Source: an uncultured Pseudomonadota bacterium
GTDB lineage: Bacteria; Desulfobacterota; Syntrophorhabdia; Syntrophorhabdales; CAYQXL01
Assembly (NCBI GenBank): GCA_964421445.1
Contig: CAYQXL010000011.1
Location: 1 to 59,360 of the forward strand
DNA: 59,360 nt
Direction of reading: 5' to 3'
Below the pieces are notes generated by a model. That model was not told the origin of the DNA. It worked only from the letters and a program-made list of their open reading frames with translations, and searched no databases. A program made the translations under genes and the position numbers. Positions 55,616 to 59,360 of the stretch are shown one piece after another; within the stretch, counting starts at the first letter, position 1; the number at the start of each line of letters is the position of its first letter.

Positions 55616-56344
55616 ATGATGAAATTCAAACTAAGGAATGTAGAAGGTTTTTCCTATTTTCATGTCCCCCACCTGGAGGAAGCGGGGATCATCCATGGCT
55701 TTTTTACAAGTCCCTCGCCCATGGCAAGAGACGACGGGAACGAGAGGCACCGGTTTCTCGATCTCTTCGGATTCTCCGATCTCGTCATCATGGACCAGAA
55801 ACATTCCGACACGGTCCATCTCATTGCCGGCGGTGAGCGACCCCGAGCTGGCGACGGTCTCGTCCTCATCGAACGGGGAGTGGCAGGGATCGTCAAAACG
55901 GCAGACTGCCTTCCCCTCATCCTCGCCGACGAAGAGGCCTCCGTAACGGCAGTGGTCCACGCAGGATGGAGAGGAACGGCGAAACGGATAACGGCCCGGG
56001 CCGTGGAAGCAATGGAGAAAGCCGGCGGCAGGAGGGACCGGATCACGGCGCTCTTCGGGCCGGCGATCGGCGTCTGCTGTTACGAGATTCAGGACGACGT
56101 CTCCCGGATCTTCCGGGAAGAGGGCTTCTCCGACGGGATATTCCGCAGACGGGACAAGAGAATCACGCTCAACCTCAAGGCAGCCAACAGGGAGATTCTC
56201 GCCGCCGAAGGGGTAACAAAGATCGGTGATCTCAGTCTCTGCACCCTCTGTACGGGGGCCATGTTTCACTCGTACCGGAGGGGCGACCGGTTGAAGAGGC
56301 AGATCACCTTCTCCGGCCTGGCCCGCCGCGAAAACGGGGCATAA
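55616..56344 (+). CDS. pgeF: PgeF/YfiH family purine nucleoside phosphorylase / peptidoglycan editing factor
   Basis: QKHSD, GDGL, TADCLP, HAGWRG, GPAIGVCCYE, C and FHSYRR. Confidence 0.9.
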   Translation: MMKFKLRNVEGFSYFHVPHLEEAGIIHGFFTSPSPMARDDGNERHRFLDLFGFSDLVIMDQKHSDTVHLIAGGERPRAGDGLVLIERGVAGIVKTADCLPLILADEEASVTAVVHAGWRGTAKRITARAVEAMEKAGGRRDRITALFGPAIGVCCYEIQDDVSRIFREEGFSDGIFRRRDKRITLNLKAANREILAAEGVTKIGDLSLCTLCTGAMFHSYRRGDRLKRQITFSGLARRENGA

Positions 56345-56348
56345 AAGG

Positions 56349-58496
56349 ATGAATCTTTTCAAACACTTCAAGAAAGAACTGATCTTCGGGCTTCCGGTCC
56401 TCATCATCTTCGGACTCCTGCTTGCCCTTCAGACTCAGCTCCCTTTCTTCACCAAGTTCCTCCCTGTCGGAGAAAACAAGCTCGTCATCCTGATCCTCAA
56501 CATCAACATCCTCCTCATCCTTCTCCTGCTCTTCCTCGTCAGCCGGATCCTCCTGAAGAACTATATCGAAAAGAAAAGGGGCATCTGGGGTTCGGGACTC
56601 AAGACAAAGCTCACCGTCACCCTTCTGCTCATATCGATCCTTCCGTCTTTCTCCCTCTTCATCCTCACGACGGGGTTTTTCTACCAGGCCATGGACACAT
56701 GGTTCGGCCAGAAGATCGAAGACACCGTCGACGACGCCCTCCAACTCTCCCAGTTCTACTATGAAGAGCTCTTTCAGCGATACGAACAGTCAAGCCAGTC
56801 TCTGAGCAAAGAGATCTCAAAGGGCCAGATCTTTCTCAACGACCGGGAACTGGCATCGTTCCTCGAAAAAACGGTCAGATCGAATGTCGTCGGCTATCTC
56901 GCCGTCTTCGACCTGAACGGCACCGTCATCCGCCAGTCGGGAAAGCTGCCGTCAGACGGCCAGAAGAAACTGGGAATGCGGGCACGGCCATTTACAAAAG
57001 GAGAGACGATCAGGGCGATCATCCCCCTTGAAGCGGGAGAACTGATCGCCGTGGGTACACAGATCCGGGACAGTTCGGGGGATGTCCAGGCCATTCTCTT
57101 TGCCGGGAGCGTCACCAAACTTCAGGGCATCGAAAAGATCAAGGACATCGCCATCTCATACAAGGAGTTCAAGGAATCGAGGCCGTTCAAGAAAATCCTT
57201 AAATATTCATTTGTTATCCCCCTATCCCTCGTGACGATTCTCACGATTTTTTTCTCTGTCTGGGTAGGCATGAAGATGGCCACAGAGATCACCGTGCCTA
57301 TCGAAAAGGTCCGGGAAGGTGCGTCGATCATCGCCTCGGGAAAGCTCGACATCAACCTTGAAGACCGGGGGACCGACGAGATCAACACCCTTGTCCAGGC
57401 CTTCAACAGCATGGCCCGGGAACTGAAGGTCGCAAAGGACGAGATCGAGGAGCGGCGGCGCTACATGGAGGTCATCCTCGAAAACGTGGCGACAGGGATC
57501 ATATCGACAGACAAGACAGGAAAGATCGTTCTCATGAACAAGGCAGCGGGACGGATTCTCGGCGTCCCGGAGGATGGCGAAGGAAAGTACCTCAAGGATA
57601 TCTTCGGCGACGACTTCCGGAAGCATTTGCGCCCCTTTCTGAAAGAGGCGAAAGAGAGCCCCGGCGGGAGCGTGTCGCGGGAGATCCGGCTCGGCCTCAC
57701 AAAGGATGTTATGAATATCCGCGCCTCCCTCACGACCCTGAGGGACGATGGCGGCAGGACAGAAGGCTTCATCATTACCTTCGACGACATCACCAATGCG
57801 GTGAGGGCGGAAAAGCTCTCCGCATGGAGGGACGCGGCGAAGAAGCTGACCCACGAGATCAAAAACCCCCTCACGCCGATCCTCCTCTCCGCCGAACGAC
57901 TCAGACGGCGCCTTCTCGACAAATTCCGCGACAGGGACCGGGATGTTCTCGACGAGACAACAACGGTCATCATCCGGTCCGTCGATGACATCAAGGGGAT
58001 CGTCAACGAACTGACTCGCTTCACCCACGTATCGTCGATGCGGACGGAGGAAGATCTCAACACGATCGCAGAAGAGGCCGCCGGTCTCTACATGAACCTC
58101 TACCAGAACATCATCTTCCGCCTCGAAAAAGGCGATCTGCCCCTCTGTTACGTCGACAGGGACGGCATCAAGAGGACCCTTACGAATCTCATCACCAACG
58201 CCGTGAAGGCCATCGATCCCGGAACAGGCGGATCGATCACCATAACGACCCGCCATGACAGGGACCGGGAGGTGGTCATCGTAGAGGTCGCAGACACTGG
58301 CAAAGGCATCCCGGACACGGAAAAGGAATCGATCTTCGATCCCTACTTCACGAAGGAACGGGACGGCACGGGCCTCGGTCTCGCCATCGTCCATTCGATC
58401 ATTCTTGAACACCAGGGAACGGTCTCCGTCGTCGACAACCGCCCCAGAGGAACACGGTTCATTATCGAACTGCCCATCACCGAAGAAGAGGCCTGA
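56349..58496 (+). CDS. NtrY-like sensor histidine kinase (TM, HAMP, PAS, HisKA, HATPase)
   Basis: HAMP DEI..L..AFNSM, PAS ILENVATGII, H-box WRDAAKKLTHEIKNPLTPI.LSAERL, DTGKG and GTGLGLAIV. Confidence 0.88.
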   Translation: MNLFKHFKKELIFGLPVLIIFGLLLALQTQLPFFTKFLPVGENKLVILILNINILLILLLLFLVSRILLKNYIEKKRGIWGSGLKTKLTVTLLLISILPSFSLFILTTGFFYQAMDTWFGQKIEDTVDDALQLSQFYYEELFQRYEQSSQSLSKEISKGQIFLNDRELASFLEKTVRSNVVGYLAVFDLNGTVIRQSGKLPSDGQKKLGMRARPFTKGETIRAIIPLEAGELIAVGTQIRDSSGDVQAILFAGSVTKLQGIEKIKDIAISYKEFKESRPFKKILKYSFVIPLSLVTILTIFFSVWVGMKMATEITVPIEKVREGASIIASGKLDINLEDRGTDEINTLVQAFNSMARELKVAKDEIEERRRYMEVILENVATGIISTDKTGKIVLMNKAAGRILGVPEDGEGKYLKDIFGDDFRKHLRPFLKEAKESPGGSVSREIRLGLTKDVMNIRASLTTLRDDGGRTEGFIITFDDITNAVRAEKLSAWRDAAKKLTHEIKNPLTPILLSAERLRRRLLDKFRDRDRDVLDETTTVIIRSVDDIKGIVNELTRFTHVSSMRTEEDLNTIAEEAAGLYMNLYQNIIFRLEKGDLPLCYVDRDGIKRTLTNLITNAVKAIDPGTGGSITITTRHDRDREVVIVEVADTGKGIPDTEKESIFDPYFTKERDGTGLGLAIVHSIILEHQGTVSVVDNRPRGTRFIIELPITEEEA

Positions 58497-58538
58497 CAAG
58501 GCGCCCTGTCCCCTCCCCTTACAATTGGCGCCGCCCTG

Positions 58539-58547
58539 TGCTATATT
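58539..58547 (+). promoter_or_regulatory. Extended -10 promoter of smpB-ssrA (leaderless geometry)
   Basis: TG-C-TATATT, 6 nt before ATG 58554. CTTACA lies 18 nt upstream of the -10. Confidence 0.6.
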
Positions 58548-58553
58548 GAGTAC

Positions 58554-59000
58554 ATGAAGGTCATTGCCACAAACAAGAAGGCGTTTTTTGACTTCGAGAT
58601 TATCGACAAATTCGAGGCAGGGATCTCCCTGACCGGCACGGAAGTCAAATCGCTGAGGGAAGGAAGGGCCAACCTGAAGGAGAGCTACGCCAGGGTGAAG
58701 AACGGCGAGCTCTATCTCGTGAACGCCCATATAACACCCTATTCACACGGCAACATCTTCAACCATGAAGCGAAGAGGATGCGAAAGCTTCTCATGCATA
58801 AATACGAAATCGACCGGCTCTACGGCAAGACGAAAGAACGGGGGTTGACGATAGTTCCGCTTTCACTCTACTTCAACAAGAAGAATAAGGTGAAGCTCGA
58901 ACTGGGATTGGCTAAAGGAAAGACCGGCGTCGACAAGCGCGAAAGCATCAGGCGCCGGGACGAAAAACGGATCACAGAGAGAGAACTGAGATCGAGATAA
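58554..59000 (+). CDS. smpB: SsrA-binding protein
   Basis: NKKA.FD, EAGISLTGTEVKSLR, RKLLMHK.EI and DKRE.I. Confidence 0.98.
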   Translation: MKVIATNKKAFFDFEIIDKFEAGISLTGTEVKSLREGRANLKESYARVKNGELYLVNAHITPYSHGNIFNHEAKRMRKLLMHKYEIDRLYGKTKERGLTIVPLSLYFNKKNKVKLELGLAKGKTGVDKRESIRRRDEKRITERELRSR

Positions 59001-59001
59001 A

Positions 59002-59355
59002 GGGGGCGACTGGCTTCGACAGGGGAGTTAAGAATCAGAAAGGCATGCCGGGTGTCTGCCTACCCGTATCCACGGCGGAACTAAATCTAACTGCAGACTC
59101 TCACGAGTACGCACTAGCCGCGTAAAGCGGCTACATCATCTGGGCTTTCCGCCCGCTTCAAGTTCAGAATGGTGTGATACAAGCGGGATAGCTTCTCCCG
59201 ATGCCTATGGGGAGGGGCGAAACTCTTATAGGCTGGGGTGTCCGGAAACCTGTCGGTGGGTGTCCTGTCATCCGAGATCAGAACATCGACTACGCATGTA
59301 GGCTTTCTGAGGTCTTCTTTTCTGGACGCGGGTTCGATTCCCGCCGCCTCCACCA
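59002..59355 (+). ncRNA. ssrA: tmRNA; tag reading frame 59093-59125 encodes (A)ADSHEYALAA*
   Basis: 5' GGGGGCG pairs with 3' CGCCTCC-ACCA including the G3:U pair. T arm GGTTCGATTCC. Tag ends in ALAA-TAA. Confidence 0.97.
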
Positions 59356-59360
59356 TTTTT

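Overview
This is a mostly housekeeping chromosomal window from an anaerobic Desulfobacterota (deltaproteobacterial) genome; gene content and style suggest a Syntrophorhabdus/Syntrophales-like organism, but this is inference only. It holds about 60 CDS, including hisS, metG, tilS, ftsH, serA, rplM-rpsI-argC, ffh-rpsP-khpA-rimM-trmD-rplS-rnhB, larBC, tmk-holB, efp, queD-folE2, selA, rluD-pgeF and smpB, plus tRNA-Phe(GAA), tRNA-Pro(CGG) and tmRNA. I found no integrase, transposase, prophage, defence island or CRISPR array. The best leads are: (1) a stand-alone rplC with its own promoter and terminator, outside the S10 operon; (2) a HemN-like radical SAM protein carrying the QxTxYPLM motif of methylmenaquinone synthases (MenK/MqnK); (3) a MEMO1-family protein with an N-terminal PqqD/RRE-like extension; (4) several apparently leaderless genes (ffh, queD, smpB) whose -10 box lies exactly 6 nt before the ATG; (5) a queD-folE2-DUF2007-yqeC unit near a selA that lacks selB; (6) a KamA/EpmB-like aminomutase directly behind a polyproline-rich pal. 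All calls come from reading the sequence and recalled motifs; no database searches were run.
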